Shown here: positions 62,801 to 64,000 of the stretch, piece by piece
How the letters are laid out: each line of letters starts with the position of its first letter
Position numbering within the stretch: the first letter of the stretch is position 1
Source: Eledone cirrhosa
Taxonomy: Eukaryota
NCBI GenBank assembly: GCA_964016885.1
Contig: OZ024740.1
Location: 288,734,001-288,798,000, forward strand
DNA: 64,000 bases
Direction: 5' to 3'
Notes under the pieces: model-generated
Told to the model about the DNA's origin: nothing
The model's database searches: none
The model's input: the letters and a program-made list of their open reading frames with translations, nothing else
Program-made: the position numbers and the translations under genes

Positions 62801-64000
62801 CAAAAAAACTGACCATGATCTCAGAAAAAGTGTTGAGCTACACAGTGGCCAAGACCCTCTCCAAGATATCACTCTGTCACCTGATCAAGATCAACAATTG
62901 CCAGACGTGACATTGACCCATGAAAATGTTCAAACTGTTCAAATGAGCCCTGGTCAACTTCCTGGTAATTTGTCAACAGATCAAGATATTCCATGTTTAC
63001 CTCCACCTACTGGTCAAAGTAGCAGAAATTCCTTGGGTAGAGGTGTCTATCATGTTGATCAACCTGTCAGTCTGGAAACTTTATACAATGTTAAGAAACC
63101 TTCTATTGAAGCAAGTGAGTATCCTTCTGACCATTCAGCTGATGTCATTGAGAATGCTGATGTCAACATTTCTTATGCTCCACATATTCCATATGGTCAA
63201 GATTCTAATATTGAATGGAAATCTGGTCAAGATATTCCAAAAGTAAAAATGGCCAAAAGTGAAGATAATTTTCAATATGGTGGTCTACCTACAAGTGAAC
63301 AGCTACAGAAGTCAAATGTAACCACACCTACTGGTCAATATGGTGTCTACCATGTTGACCTTCCTGTGGATCTGGAACAACTACATCGTGTTGCCCAGCC
63401 TTCTCGTCCAGATGTCTCTGGATATGTAGATAAAACTATTGGTCAACCTGACATCACTACTGGTCAAGATCTCCCTGAAGCTATTGAACAGTCTCTAGGA
63501 GAATATCATTTAAAACCAGTTGATCTCCCAGCAGGTGAAGATCATTTAACTGATGAACAAGATGGTCAAGAAATTAAACTGCCTTCTTTTCAAGATGTTC
63601 CACGTGTACAGATATCCAATCAAGATACTAAATCTGCTTATATTCCCAGTGAGCAATACAGTGATCCCATTGCCACACCCACAGCTCAAGAGAGACAAGA
63701 TAACAGACAGTCCATTGGTGAAGGTGTCTATCATGTGGATGTCCCTGTAGCTTTAGAGAGCCTTCATCGAATTGACCGATCTAAGGGACAAAAACCACGT
63801 GGCCACATTCATCAGCCTTCTGATCAGGATGTCAAAAAAACTGACCATGATCTCAGAAAAAGTGTTGAGCTACACAGTGGCCAAGATATCACTCTGTCAC
63901 CTGATCAAGATCAACAATTGCCAGAAGTGACATTGACTCATAATCTCAGAAAAAGTGTCCAACCTATTGATCAGGATGTTGAAGAATATTGCTATTATGT
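53863..64000 (+). CDS. Giant exon 2 (>10,138 nt, open to window end): unique ~450-aa N-terminal part then ~8.5 x 344-aa repeats; tentatively a giant ankyrin long exon
   Basis: Acceptor tttttgctttacag|tc, phase 1. Frame +3 reads (V)TWKRSNAMKKRKHKKKSP…IDVEEYDKILEDGTLYHIKRVRR…EEYEINEVIPGTENSF… and is still in frame at the end (…VQPIDQDVEEYCYY). The in-frame ATG at 53886 is absent from the ORF track, as expected if no stop occurs. Confidence 0.92.
55212..63940 (+). repeat. Coding tandem array of 1032-bp units (8 full plus ~0.47)
   Basis: Unit starts (GACATCACT) at 55212, 56244, 57276, 58308, 59322, 60354, 61386, 62418 and 63450. Unit 4 is 1014 bp. The off-frame ORFs in the track recur with the same spacing. 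Confidence 0.98.

Noticed and set aside
55308-63750. Recurrent 62-, 65- and 83-aa ORFs resembling a tandem small-gene cluster
   Set aside because: Off-frame or antisense shadows of the continuous frame +3 giant exon.

Overview
AT-rich, repeat-dense animal genomic DNA. The SINE, RTE and Penelope-type repeats and multi-kb (TA/TG)n arrays suggest an octopus or other coleoid cephalopod (inference). The window looks like the interior of one + strand gene whose exons all have phase-1 boundaries: a partial exon (1-34), two small exons (4144-4200, 30225-30314), a 4.6-kb giant exon (37617-42203) and a second giant exon starting at 53863 that stays open to the window end (>10.1 kb, >3,370 codons). The ORF track misses the second giant exon because it has no stop. 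It holds about 8.5 near-identical 1032-bp (344-aa) tandem units, each with three copies of a GVYHVDxPVxLExL motif, and both indels I found keep the frame. The architecture and the domain before the repeats suggest the post-death-domain region of a giant ankyrin. This is a tentative recollection, since no ankyrin core domain lies in the window. The introns hold tRNA-derived SINEs, two DD37D (maT) transposon derivatives, piggyBac- and hAT-type MITEs, decayed RTE LINEs and Penelope-type inverted repeats. They also hold minimal type I hammerhead ribozyme motifs, one of which appears intact (51784-51829, - strand). Most other listed ORFs are microsatellite or off-frame artefacts.
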